From the IMG/VR virus record IMGVR_UViG_3300013947_000004: 64,000 nt of DNA. One strand, 5' to 3'. Positions 8,498 to 18,161 of this stretch are shown in pieces (within the stretch, counting starts at the first letter, position 1; each line of letters begins with the position of its first letter). The DNA comes from a virus. Both the position numbers and the translations under genes were made by a program. The notes under the pieces were generated by a model. That model had not been told where the DNA came from and did not search any database. It saw nothing but the letters and a program-made list of their open reading frames with translations.

Positions 8498-8499
8498 TT

Positions 8500-8949
8500 T
8501 TATCTCCTTTCTAAATACTCTTTCAGATTTCCGAACTGAGCGTAGTACAAAGGGAGGGCTTGTCCAATTTTTTTATTAATTGTTTTCAGCTTCCCAAAGA
8601 TAGAGCCTATACAAACGCCTCTTTCTTCTGCAATTTGCCTTTTAGGTTTCCCATAAATCACCGACTGACAAAATATATCCCAATCGTTTGCTCCTAGGAT
8701 TAATTGCAACCAAGTGAGGAAATGGAATATTTTTTCTTTTTCCTCCCAGCTGATAATTATATCCTCTGGTGATTTACTCAATTTTACGTACCCATATTTA
8801 CAGTCTGTAACTTTCTTTTTCTTTTTGTACTCGACTATATCTTTTGTTAATTCCTCTTTGCGGGTTATTCTTTCGATATTATCGCAAACGGATTCATCGT
8901 CAATCTCTCCATTTTCATATCTCCAGATTAATTCATCTAAGTAGTTCAT
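8500..8949 (-). CDS. sigma-70 region-4-like HTH protein (putative phage sigma factor or transcription regulator)
   Basis: The C-terminal QIAEERGVCIGSIFGKLKTINKKI resembles a region 4 HTH. ATG 8949 overlaps the upstream stop as ATGA. Confidence 0.45.
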   Translation of the reverse strand: MNYLDELIWRYENGEIDDESVCDNIERITRKEELTKDIVEYKKKKKVTDCKYGYVKLSKSPEDIIISWEEKEKIFHFLTWLQLILGANDWDIFCQSVIYGKPKRQIAEERGVCIGSIFGKLKTINKKIGQALPLYYAQFGNLKEYLERR

Positions 8950-9206
8950 AACAGGTGGTGCCTCCTGTCTATCTCTAACCCACGGGGGCAAAAACGTCCA
9001 TAGAATTTGTATTGGTACAACTCCCCGCAAGGGAGCTTTTTCGTCCCGTATCTACTTGGTTTCGCTTCTTCCGTTCCTTTGTAGCGTACCTCATTAGACA
9101 AACCTTCTAAATATTCCAACACTTTTTCTTTGCTATCGGATAAAATTCCAAACTTCCAAAAAGCTCCAAATTGTTTTACGTAAAAAACAAACATTTCCAT
9201 AAACAT
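8946..9206 (-). CDS. hypothetical protein (86 aa)
   Basis: ORF track; ATGA coupling to the downstream gene supports translation. Confidence 0.45.
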   Translation of the reverse strand: MFMEMFVFYVKQFGAFWKFGILSDSKEKVLEYLEGLSNEVRYKGTEEAKPSRYGTKKLPCGELYQYKFYGRFCPRGLEIDRRHHLL

Positions 9207-9220
9207 ATACCTTCTTTCAT

Positions 9221-9532
9221 CTACTCAACCTCCATTTCTAAATACCTAACTCCAAATTCTATTGCTGAGTTATAATCATTGAAAACAATGTCCACATGGT
9301 TATAGCTTCCATCTCCTATCCTATCTCCTACTACATACCTCTGCCCGTCTATATACACTACGGTTCCTAGAGGAAGGAAGTCACAAGCAACATAACCTTC
9401 TTGTACCCACATCCCGTTTGCCATTACCCCTCCACTCTCGTATGGAGTGTATGCCGTACACATTACGGTCATAGCGTTTGCAGGTAAGACAAAGGAGATT
9501 AGTAGGAGGAGGATTGCCAATAACTTCGGCAT
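9221..9532 (-). CDS. secreted 3D-domain (RlpA/MltA-like double-psi barrel) protein
   Basis: Signal peptide MPKLLAILLLLISFVLPANA, then CTAYTPYESGG...ACDFLPLGTVVYIDG...GDRIGDG...VDIVF, typical of 3D domains. Confidence 0.65.
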   Translation of the reverse strand: MPKLLAILLLLISFVLPANAMTVMCTAYTPYESGGVMANGMWVQEGYVACDFLPLGTVVYIDGQRYVVGDRIGDGSYNHVDIVFNDYNSAIEFGVRYLEMEVE

Positions 9533-9564
9533 CCAACCCCTCCAATCTACTTCTTAAACAAAAT

Positions 9565-11782
9565 TTACGGTTTCTGATAAAATCTTAATCCAGCTTCTTT
9601 TTGACGGTCTTTCGAGTACGAACTGATTCGTTTTAAATATCCAATAACCCGTGTTGCATAATCAACATTTTTAGACCCACACTTTGTACAATGGTCTTCC
9701 GTGTTGACATTAATGTACCCACAATCGTTACAAACAGTCATTAAGCAGTTAAATGTCCAATAATTACAACCCAATTTACCAGTGATACACATTAAACTGT
9801 AAGCCTGTTCCTTAGTAAGCAACTGAGCAATATTTAAATGACAAGCCGACCCGCCATCTAAGTATTTAACCGTATTTTCACCATGCAATGCAACTTTATC
9901 AAGCAACGTCAAATCTTGATTTTCTACAGGATAGAAATATGAGTTGTAACAGTCTCTTGGTACATCTAATCCATCATGTTTATCCCATTGTGCATTTTTA
10001 ACTCCTAATCCCTCAGCCATTCTGTTACTTTTATGACCTATGAAACTTACCCTACCAACTCTAACTCTTTATTTCTTCTCGCCTCAAGAGCTTCCTCTGC
10101 CGTTTTCGCATTTTCCTCAGCCTCACCACAAAAACAACATTTCTTCATATATTCCTCCCCCCGGAGGATAAGTTTCATAGGCGGCCACGGTTCTTCCTAA
10201 AGTGTCTTTACACTTGACCATGGCTCCAGAGTTTCATTTTGTTATATCTCTGGTTCAGACTATCGCATAACCTCACTAGGAGGCCCCCCTTTATTTAGTC
10301 GTTCACGCTACCATTACGCTTGCGCCTTGTTATCCACTTCTGGAACTTCAAGTCAATTAAAAGGAGTTTTTTATGATGGGTTATGTATTATCCCACCAAG
10401 TCCCCACTCATTTTAGGGACAAATTCTGTATTAAACATGCACCCATACGTTTCTGATGCTTTTTTATTGCAACCATGGATTACTTTTAAACACTTCGCTA
10501 CTTCTCCCTGATATTTTTTTATATCGTCCTGAGGGTTGTATCCTTTATATTCCATTGCTTCCAACATACCATTGATACCGATAGTGCAGAATTGATGGTC
10601 GAAATTTACAAACCCTGCTGTATATGCAGGAAGCATACCTTGGGAAATATACCATTTAATAACTTCCCTGTGGGCGTATAAATACTTCTGAACTCTCCGA
10701 ACAAGCTCTTCGAAATCTTCCCCATGAGTTTCATAGTTTTGTACATATCTGTTCATATTGATTGTAATAACTCGGCATGAGCCTGTACTTACTCCGCCTG
10801 CCCCTAATGTATAGGAAAATGTATTATCCGCTAATTCGTTACGTAATCGGCAACACGACGCAAGGCTATCTGCACTACTTGATTCATACAAGAAGAAAGA
10901 CAAACCTTTAGCCATATCTTCTGCACGCTTGTAAGCAAAATCTTTATCGGCAGGAGTTTTATTCTCATCAAGAAGCATAGCCGCCGTTAACACTGGGTAT
11001 GTAAGAAGTTCTTTTTCTCTTTCTTTTCGGAACCAGTCCATAAAGAAATCTTGCAAATTACTCAAGGATTCCCAATCTGGTTCTGACCCGTCTGGGAAAC
11101 GGAAACCTCTAAAAACGGAAGCGAAATAGTATTTATCGAATACAGAAATATTCCAAAACACACTTTGATTTCCCCGTGCCGCCGCTGGTTGGTTCAAAGC
11201 GTACACAACACCTTGCAACTCTTGGGCAATTTTCTTTGAATGCCGTTTCAAATAATAATTACCGTATTGCTTACGGGCGAAATAGTCGAAATACATTAAG
11301 AACTCTACGGTGGCTGTCGCTCCTGCCCAGTTCGTAGCAAGCTGATATACCAAGTTAACAAACGAGCCACAAAAGCTCTGCAAGTTCTTTGGAGCTTTGG
11401 AAGTACCTCCCAAACATTTCGTTCCTTCGAGTAGAAAGGGATACATCGTCACACTCGCACAATATGGGAGAAACGCCGCCAAGGTTTCATCATGTACGTA
11501 AATAAGGTGTTCCTCAATATCTTTCAAATATCTATTAGCTAGTTTTTCGCCGAATAGTTCTTTAATCTCATCGTAGATAATCTTACGGCTAACTTGAATG
11601 TTTTCAAACTTCCACATTTCTTCTCTTAATGTTCCCATATTCTTTTCAGAAACATTAGAATTGGAGTCTACAAGGGAAGCCGTGGCGTTATTTTGTTCTC
11701 CTACATAATACTTAATGTAATCTACTTTCTTCCCAATTTGTTCTGGTGTAAGCCAGTTGAAGTACTCTTTTTTGTTACTCAT
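9565..11782 (-). CDS. nrdD: anaerobic ribonucleoside-triphosphate reductase NrdD, interrupted by an intron (exons 11782-10415 and 10017-9565)
   Basis: Exon 2 has the Zn ribbon CNDC...CTKC and the glycyl-radical motif RVIGYL. Joining the exons gives ...NTEFVP|AEGLGVKNA..., 606 aa in total. Confidence 0.85.
10018..10414 (-). mobile_element. group I intron (ORF-less) in nrdD
   Basis: The 5' exon ends GUCCCU. Intron GGGGAC (10405-10400) can pair with it, giving U.G at the splice site. The intron ends in G (10018). There is no SD before exon 2. Confidence 0.65.
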
Positions 11783-12054
11783 AATGTCAATGTCACGCCC
11801 TTTTCTACAAATTTCTTTAAACTTTCGGGGGGGATAATACCCTCTATTCTATCAAGCTCTTCCCCATTTTTCTCGAATACAATTACTGTCGGATAAATGG
11901 TTAAGTTATATTCTTTTTCTTGTTCTGGATAATTTACCTTGAGATTATTAAATCTTGCCTTCCCTTTGTATTCTTCTGCAATCTCTTTAAAGGTGTTTTC
12001 TATATGTTTACAATGGAAACAACCATCTATGTAGAACTTAGTTATAGTGTTCAT
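11779..12054 (-). CDS. thioredoxin/NrdH-like redoxin
   Basis: CFHC active-site motif and IYPT cis-Pro motif; 91 aa; adjacent to nrdD/nrdG. Confidence 0.7.
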   Translation of the reverse strand: MNTITKFYIDGCFHCKHIENTFKEIAEEYKGKARFNNLKVNYPEQEKEYNLTIYPTVIVFEKNGEELDRIEGIIPPESLKKFVEKGVTLTL

Positions 12055-12613
12055 TTTTCTTTCCTTTCTGGAAATACTTTTCCGTCATATCCCGAAACGT
12101 AAATCTTTCCACGCAAATAAGTTCCCCATCCCCAATTGAGAGATAATTCTTCTTTTCGTAAAACTTTTGGTTTGTGTTCGGGTCATCTAGTCCTCCTCTC
12201 CCATAAAGATATCTCCCCGTTTTTATCCATTTGAGCATACAATCACACCCTTTATTGAAAATGGGATAGATATCCTCTAAAAAGGAGCCTGTGCCATCGT
12301 AAAGCCCGACGTCGTACCCCTTGTCATAAAATGTCTTAACCAAACGCCGTAATGCGATAATACTAACCCCACTATTTTGGAGTCCACCGAGGAACACTAT
12401 TGCATTAGCCCCTTTTTCCATTTGTTCTTCTGCATAATCTATAATGTCGCTTTCTTTCATATTTGGCATAGTATAAGTTTCTTCGCTATCCCATAACTCT
12501 GTACTGTGGCATCCTATACATCCACATTGACAATTACCAAATTCAAAAAATACAGAAATACGATTTGGAATTTCTGTTAAAGTAACACCTTTATGAACTA
12601 CCGGCAAAAACAT
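12038..12613 (-). CDS. nrdG: anaerobic RNR activating protein (radical SAM)
   Basis: CQCGCIGC contains CxxxCxxC near the N-terminus; adjacent to nrdD. Confidence 0.7.
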   Translation of the reverse strand: MFLPVVHKGVTLTEIPNRISVFFEFGNCQCGCIGCHSTELWDSEETYTMPNMKESDIIDYAEEQMEKGANAIVFLGGLQNSGVSIIALRRLVKTFYDKGYDVGLYDGTGSFLEDIYPIFNKGCDCMLKWIKTGRYLYGRGGLDDPNTNQKFYEKKNYLSIGDGELICVERFTFRDMTEKYFQKGKKNEHYN

Positions 12614-12706
12614 ATCTTTTCACTCCTTATCACCAAGGGAAGCTTAGTAAAAGTCCAATCGCACTAAATAGAATTATAATTACACTTTCAGTGTACTCTT
12701 TCATAA

Positions 12707-13036
12707 TCATTCCTCCCGTGGGTCAATTACTCCTACTACTCTATATTCTTCCAACCAATCACGATAACGTTCCGCTTTATCTAAATCCTCTTTTGCGGAA
12801 CCTTTCTTCCCCGCCCTCATACAATATTTAATAATATTTCCCATAAGGAAACCTTCGAACTGCTCTTTTGTAAACAATTTTTGCATTACTTCGATAGGCT
12901 CTACAATACACTGTGAGTAATGCTCGTCATACCATTCCCGCTTGGGACAATCCTGACCTAAATCATCTCTATTTGTTACTTCCGTAGAAACCTCTACAAA
13001 ACCTTTGTTTACCTTTCCAGAGTTACTCTTTGACAT
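12707..13036 (-). CDS. DUF3310-like protein
   Basis: HYSQCIVEPIEV...GNIIKYCMRAGKKG...DLDKAERY fits the remembered DUF3310 pattern. Confidence 0.5.
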   Translation of the reverse strand: MSKSNSGKVNKGFVEVSTEVTNRDDLGQDCPKREWYDEHYSQCIVEPIEVMQKLFTKEQFEGFLMGNIIKYCMRAGKKGSAKEDLDKAERYRDWLEEYRVVGVIDPREE

Positions 13037-13097
13037 GACTCTTGCCCTCCTCCTGTTTCTTCCCAGCCCTCATACAATATTTAATAATATTTCCCAT
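12803..13097. repeat. 42-nt direct duplication (12803-12844 and 13056-13097, one mismatch)
   Basis: TTTCTTCCC(C/A)GCCCTCATACAATATTTAATAATATTTCCCAT read in both places. Confidence 0.9.
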
Positions 13098-13551
13098 CGA
13101 GAGATTTTCCTAGTACTTCGCATATATACGAACTGTCGTTATGATTAATGTCTATATAATCTGCTAGTGTATACTCATAATATAAGTCGTAAACCTTATT
13201 TATTAAAGGATATACGTCTTTATGCACGGACACAATAGCTCCAATTATAGCTCTTCTAATACGTCTTTTCAGTTTCTTGAGAGCGACCTTCACCCCTATA
13301 TTCGCATTAAATGTGTCGTTCGGGTGGCATTTTGCAGTAGCCACAAAAAGAGTTTCGTTACGACGTAAGAAATAAGGATGGAGAATAAGATTTCTTAAAA
13401 AACGTTTAACTCCCAACTGGTCACAAATGCTATTAAAAATACGTTCGCTTGAGTAATCCGAGACTTTTAAAGTGACAGTTCTGTTTTCTTCGTTCACATA
13501 CGCTCTAATTCCATTCGCATATAGTTTGTCATCGAGTTTCTTATCTATCAT
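13081..13551 (-). CDS. hypothetical protein (156 aa)
   Basis: ORF track; no domain recognised. Confidence 0.6.
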   Translation of the reverse strand: MIDKKLDDKLYANGIRAYVNEENRTVTLKVSDYSSERIFNSICDQLGVKRFLRNLILHPYFLRRNETLFVATAKCHPNDTFNANIGVKVALKKLKRRIRRAIIGAIVSVHKDVYPLINKVYDLYYEYTLADYIDINHNDSSYICEVLGKSLDGKYY

Positions 13552-13553
13552 TT

Positions 13554-14216
13554 TTAGGCTCCTTCCTTATTTCCAAGTTCCCCCGTAATCCACCCACTAT
13601 TTGGTAAATATTCTATCCAGTCACAAAATTCCTGCCAATCTGGTAATCGGTGGGTACGGCGTTGGTTGTAAATTGTTTTTAACTGCATATAGTTAGTAGT
13701 CATACGAGCTGATAACAACAGTCCAGTCGGCATACTATACACCATTTTTAACCAGTTATCTCTCGTCTTGTCATTCTGGTATTCTTTCATTTTTTGTCTA
13801 AACACCTTGATTGATTCTCTATCTGTGTATTCAATAAAACAAATATCAGAGTTGGTTTCTGCTAACTTTAAAGAAGACATAGAAGATACAAAGTTTAAAA
13901 ATCCATATCTTTCAGCTTCTGTCCAGCATTTTAGTGATAAAGTCAAATCAAAAGAAACTAGGACACCTTTCAAGAAGCAGTCATGCCCACTGCCTGCCGG
14001 GGCTTGAGATAACTTCCATGCCCGATTAATATCTTTTAATTTAACCTTAGCGTCTTTTAAGCTGTCATCCATAGGCGTGTACAATTTTAGCATTGGGTAT
14101 CCAGACGCTATAACAGAATTGCTCATCTCATTTACCCAATCATTAGTGACTACTCGGTATGTCATTTCTCTATATGTATCTCTAAGACCAGTGTTTTTAA
14201 CTTCAATCCCATTCAT
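13554..14216 (-). CDS. divergent ThyX-like (flavin-dependent thymidylate synthase fold) protein
   Basis: SGHDCFLKGVLVSFDL...WTEAERYGF and TTNYMQLKTIYNQRRTHRLPDW align by eye to ThyX blocks, but the RHR motif reads ERYG. Start chosen at the ATG 9 nt after GAGGAGG. Confidence 0.4.
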   Translation of the reverse strand: MNGIEVKNTGLRDTYREMTYRVVTNDWVNEMSNSVIASGYPMLKLYTPMDDSLKDAKVKLKDINRAWKLSQAPAGSGHDCFLKGVLVSFDLTLSLKCWTEAERYGFLNFVSSMSSLKLAETNSDICFIEYTDRESIKVFRQKMKEYQNDKTRDNWLKMVYSMPTGLLLSARMTTNYMQLKTIYNQRRTHRLPDWQEFCDWIEYLPNSGWITGELGNKEGA

Positions 14217-14397
14217 TTTCATTTTCCTCCTCTTCCAATTCATTTACTAACCACGGAATAGGTACTCCTTCTTTATCTTCCCTCACATCACAATATTTCC
14301 TTATTGCACAAGATTGACAAGATTCTTGAGAATCTTGAGAATAGCAATATTGAGCGATTGTTTTTATTGCCTTCAAAGCTTCTTTGTCTGTAATCAT
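14203..14397 (-). CDS. small Cys4-motif protein (paralogue 1)
   Basis: MITDKEALKAIKTIAQYC-x8-C-x2-C-x6-C. Confidence 0.6.
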   Translation of the reverse strand: MITDKEALKAIKTIAQYCYSQDSQESCQSCAIRKYCDVREDKEGVPIPWLVNELEEEENENEWD

Positions 14398-14469
14398 TAG
14401 TCATTCTCCAATTCTTCATTCTAAATTTTTTTTAATTCGTGTATTTACGGCATATAACATCTATTTGTT

Positions 14470-14676
14470 TTATCTATCATCGTTTTTCTCCTTAAAACCT
14501 TGAAAATCTTTTAAAAATCCTTGCCCAATGTCATAGTAAACCTTATCTACTATCTGTCCACAAAAAGTCCCTAATGTGCATTCACTGCATCTCATATTGC
14601 TCCCTTTTATATTTCCTTCACGACAATATTGGATGATTGTATCTACGGCGTTCTTAGCTTCTTTATCTGTAATCAT
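14470..14676 (-). CDS. small Cys4-motif protein (paralogue 2)
   Basis: MITDKEAKNAVDTIIQYC...CSECTLGTFC. ATG 14676 lies 6 nt after GAAGGGG. Confidence 0.55.
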   Translation of the reverse strand: MITDKEAKNAVDTIIQYCREGNIKGSNMRCSECTLGTFCGQIVDKVYYDIGQGFLKDFQGFKEKNDDR

Positions 14677-14789
14677 ATTTAGCCCCTTCATTTTTGAACA
14701 TCTACAAAACCTTTTTAGTTGCATTGTTCATCCTTTCTCAAAAACTCTGTTACCCTTCTAATTACAAAATCCGCACACGGTTATCATTT

Positions 14790-15287
14790 TTAATTCTCCT
14801 GTTCTTCAAGTTCTTTTAGTGAATCAGCTATCTGGAAAAATGGCACCTTGCTATCTTGGCATTTATCGCATATTTTTCTCATTTCACACGAACAGCAATT
14901 AACTTGACAACAATACTGTGAGATGGTTTTTAATGCTTTCAATAATTTCTTGTTATACATTTTTTTTTGATTGTCTATAATAACTTTACTGTGTCGAATA
15001 AATTCCACGTCATCTGAATCTACCCACCAGAAGTTATAATTCTTATTTTTGGAATACTGGGCATAGAAAAGTCCCGGTAAGTTATTCTTGTTACTCTCTA
15101 TATCCCAGCCATAATTCTTTTCAATTCTAAGCAGAAGAGTAATTCCATCACCATTAGCAAACATTAACACAATCTGCCCAAACATACCTTCAACCCTATC
15201 GGAATATATATCTCGCTTAATTTTTACTACGTCCCCAAGAGCAGGATTATACTCTTTCTTTTTGAGTTTTGAATCTTCCATGTACAT
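14790..15287 (-). CDS. hypothetical protein with C-terminal Cys4-motif domain (paralogue 3)
   Basis: The C-terminus reads LLKALKTISQYCCQVNCCSCEMRKICDKC; SD GGGAGG upstream. Confidence 0.6.
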   Translation of the reverse strand: MYMEDSKLKKKEYNPALGDVVKIKRDIYSDRVEGMFGQIVLMFANGDGITLLLRIEKNYGWDIESNKNNLPGLFYAQYSKNKNYNFWWVDSDDVEFIRHSKVIIDNQKKMYNKKLLKALKTISQYCCQVNCCSCEMRKICDKCQDSKVPFFQIADSLKELEEQEN

Positions 15288-15303
15288 ATTCCTCCCGAAT
15301 TCA

Positions 15304-15825
15304 TTAGTCATCTTCTGAGTAAGGATTCCAATCTTCAATAAGCTTCTTTAACTCCCCAAGATGATATCGCAAAACCACAATTTGGTTCTGTAAAGCTGTT
15401 CTCGTGCAATTTCTCGGACATTCCGAAAAGTTATAAACTAATCCATTCGCAATATTATTTGAAAGATTTTTGGCTTCCAATTCAACAAGTTCTCTTTGTT
15501 GTTCTATTTGTCTGGCTTCTACCATACTATTAGCACCTCTCTTGGCATTTTTGTTTTCCTTTTCTAACATACATTCTGGCACCCATCTTACATACTCCCC
15601 ACAATGAGTACATGCCACACTTTTAGGAACATAGAGATATGTGCCTTTGCGCAAAACCCAAGCTCTGTGGATACTCGCTGTACTATTTTTCCTTCCAAAG
15701 GAGCATAAATAAGGAAGCATATCGCTATCTTTGCTTACGAGAATAATCCGACCTACATGTTTTTTATATTTTTCATCTGTGAAGGTGACTGTATCTCCAA
15801 CTTTGAATTTATATTTGGATTTCAT
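15304..15825 (-). CDS. hypothetical protein (173 aa)
   Basis: ORF track; Cys pairs CTHCGEY...ECPRNC. Confidence 0.6.
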   Translation of the reverse strand: MKSKYKFKVGDTVTFTDEKYKKHVGRIILVSKDSDMLPYLCSFGRKNSTASIHRAWVLRKGTYLYVPKSVACTHCGEYVRWVPECMLEKENKNAKRGANSMVEARQIEQQRELVELEAKNLSNNIANGLVYNFSECPRNCTRTALQNQIVVLRYHLGELKKLIEDWNPYSEDD

Positions 15826-15827
15826 AC

Positions 15828-16325
15828 CTATACCCCCGTACTTCCAAAACCACCTTCACCACGCTCAGTTTCTGGAAGTTTATCGACCTCTGAAAATGTT
15901 ACTTTAATTTTGGGAATTAAAAACCCTTGAGCGATTCTATCTCCCTCCGCAATCGTTCGGGAACCAATCGCATCAGGTTTGTTCTCATACATCGCCATAA
16001 TCTCACCACGGTAATCACTGTCAATTAATCCGACGCTATTAGATAACCGTAATGGTGTTTTAGAACCAATAGAGCTCCTCGGGATAATTAACATCATATA
16101 TTCAGGAGGAATAGCGACTTTTACACCTAATGGAATTTTAGCCACTCCCCGTGGGGGAACCGTCATAGAAACATTAGAATAAAAATCAAAGGCTCCACTA
16201 CCATCCGTTGCGTAGGTGGGGATTTTAGAACTCGGAGTTGTTTTCACATACTGAATTACGACCGCTGTATCTTTCTTTGTTTCTGTCGTTTTTTTAGTTG
16301 TAGCACTTGTACTTTTTCTTGGCAT
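15828..16325 (-). CDS. dut: dUTP diphosphatase
   Basis: GAFDFYS, GLIDSDYRGEI, DRIAQ and RGEGGFGSTG motifs. Confidence 0.9.
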   Translation of the reverse strand: MPRKSTSATTKKTTETKKDTAVVIQYVKTTPSSKIPTYATDGSGAFDFYSNVSMTVPPRGVAKIPLGVKVAIPPEYMMLIIPRSSIGSKTPLRLSNSVGLIDSDYRGEIMAMYENKPDAIGSRTIAEGDRIAQGFLIPKIKVTFSEVDKLPETERGEGGFGSTGV

Positions 16326-16399
16326 CTTTTTCTATCTCCTTTTTGCATAACATATAAAGAAATAAATCAACCAATGAGAATTTAGGCTTCTCGTTTGGG

Positions 16400-16849
16400 T
16401 CAATCTTGTTTTTCCTCACCAAGGTCTTCTTTAACTCCATTTCCATCTCCTACTATAAATACATACACATAATACGATTCAATTTGACTACGTTTGATTA
16501 TCAGTACTGGGAATGTAAGGTCTTGGAAATGTTCACGAACTTTCTTGGCAACTTCTTTGTTTTTGACGGTAGTAACTACAAAAACGTCACCACCATCGGT
16601 TTGCTGAAAATCACCGTCTATCATCATTTCTGAAATTACGTTAATATGAGCTTCCGACACCTTGGAAATGGAATCTCTGTACAATTCCCTAGCTTCATCT
16701 TTTGTAATGTTGGTAAAATCAATATCCTTCTTCTTCAACTTCCGATACACAATGCTAATAAAGTAATTAATATAAGGAGCGATTAAATAACCAGTTACGC
16801 AACCGAGGAACATATCAATAAACACTAACACATAATTGCTATTGAGCAT
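16400..16849 (-). CDS. membrane-anchored hypothetical protein (149 aa)
   Basis: N-terminal hydrophobic segments; ORF track. Confidence 0.55.
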   Translation of the reverse strand: MLNSNYVLVFIDMFLGCVTGYLIAPYINYFISIVYRKLKKKDIDFTNITKDEARELYRDSISKVSEAHINVISEMMIDGDFQQTDGGDVFVVTTVKNKEVAKKVREHFQDLTFPVLIIKRSQIESYYVYVFIVGDGNGVKEDLGEEKQD

Positions 16850-16850
16850 C

Positions 16851-17282
16851 CTAGCACCTCCCGACCATTTTATTGTCCCCCACCGGGGGGCGTTCTTTCT
16901 TGTAACACTGTTCTACAATTAACTTCGAATCAAAATAGACCCGGCTTAGGAACCTAGCATTAGCTTCTATATACTTTTGCTGAGTAACTCTTTCTGCCAG
17001 CTTTTTGTATGCTCCCGTAACATCAGGGTCACACATTGCTTTTCTAGCACCTTCAGTTACCTTGGGAGATAGTTCCAAGCTTTTCTTCGCTTCCAATGCT
17101 TTCGCATCACGCTCGGTCAAAGCCGTTAACTTTAAGGCGTCCGCAGACATTTGCTCGTAAGAAGCTAAGAGAGAGGAGGAGTCTCTCATCAAAGAGAAAG
17201 CCTCCAACACATCACTATCATTCAGCTCTTCATACCGATACTTTATGTCGTCGAAGTTCTGTAGAATTTCTTCGTAGTTCAT
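16851..17282 (-). CDS. hypothetical protein (143 aa)
   Basis: ORF track; ATGA overlap with the upstream gene. Confidence 0.6.
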   Translation of the reverse strand: MNYEEILQNFDDIKYRYEELNDSDVLEAFSLMRDSSSLLASYEQMSADALKLTALTERDAKALEAKKSLELSPKVTEGARKAMCDPDVTGAYKKLAERVTQQKYIEANARFLSRVYFDSKLIVEQCYKKERPPVGDNKMVGRC

Positions 17283-17509
17283 TCTATATCCCCGCCATCG
17301 AGAACGTTGTTGTGAAATTTACGCCCCACACGGAAAAGAAACATCAGTGCTTCGTATTCTTCTTCGAATGTTTTTACTGTAATAGGACTCCGACGACCTT
17401 CTCCAGACGCTTTTACTTTATAGAGGGTCTTGCCGTCGATGTCATCTTGTTTTATATAGAGAGAACTTACTTTAATAATTACCTTCCCATTTTCACTTCT
17501 TGCGTACAT
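17279..17509 (-). CDS. hypothetical protein (76 aa)
   Basis: ATG 17509 lies 7 nt after GGAGGG. Confidence 0.55.
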   Translation of the reverse strand: MYARSENGKVIIKVSSLYIKQDDIDGKTLYKVKASGEGRRSPITVKTFEEEYEALMFLFRVGRKFHNNVLDGGDIE

Positions 17510-17510
17510 T

Positions 17511-18161
17511 TTAAATCCCTCCAAATAGTTTGTACGTATCCTCTTTTAAGAAAAACAATGGTTCGTGATACGGTCTTGTCACAACCACAATATCGCTGTC
17601 GTCTTGGTCGAAATATTTGTGCAATAACTTAAATTTATTATCTGGCAACGATTCTGGTTCAACCTCTAGGAGCCCATTTAAGAGATATTCAAATACTTCT
17701 TTTCGGAGACCGTAACAAAATCCTTCTATATGTACAACTCCCGTATCTAAGAGTTTGTACCAAGAGTCGGAGTGGATATTTCGCTTGCATTCAACAATAA
17801 GCTCTTTATCCTTGTACTGGATTCTAATATCCCCAGACACATGGTCTTTTAGTTGGGGAATTAAATGCCCAGTTTTTAATGCTCCGGATAACGGAGTCCG
17901 AGAAGCATTTAACCCCATATCTTTCAACATAGTTTCAACTTCTCGTTCTGCCCGTCTTCCGTTGCGCCGATTAGATTTCCCACGTTTATGGGCATCACTA
18001 ATCTTTTTGACTTTCCGTTCTTTTTTCTTTTTTTCTTTGTTTTCCAACTGTCGTGGAGATTTGATTGATAAGTCTACCGGGCTATACTCTTCGTAATCCT
18101 TGCACCAGTCGCAATCGTATCTGTTAAGACAGTTGTAAAACACAACGCATTTAGTTATCAT
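17511..18161 (-). CDS. Hjc/archaeal-type Holliday junction resolvase-like PD-(D/E)XK nuclease
   Basis: GRRAEREVETMLKDMGL...R...SGDIRI...LIVECK pattern, with an N-terminal Cys cluster. Confidence 0.5.
   Translation of the reverse strand: MITKCVVFYNCLNRYDCDWCKDYEEYSPVDLSIKSPRQLENKEKKKKERKVKKISDAHKRGKSNRRNGRRAEREVETMLKDMGLNASRTPLSGALKTGHLIPQLKDHVSGDIRIQYKDKELIVECKRNIHSDSWYKLLDTGVVHIEGFCYGLRKEVFEYLLNGLLEVEPESLPDNKFKLLHKYFDQDDSDIVVVTRPYHEPLFFLKEDTYKLFGGI

Noticed and set aside
9565-11782. nrdD as two independently translated fragments (a split gene) instead of an intron
   Set aside because: The exon-2 ATG has no SD. The junction shows P1 pairing with U.G and a terminal G, and ligation restores a contiguous conserved NrdD sequence. 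The alternative is still testable by RT-PCR.
17096-17632. 178-aa + strand ORF
   Set aside because: It runs antisense across three tightly coupled minus-strand genes, has no SD, and gives an Arg/Ser-rich translation.
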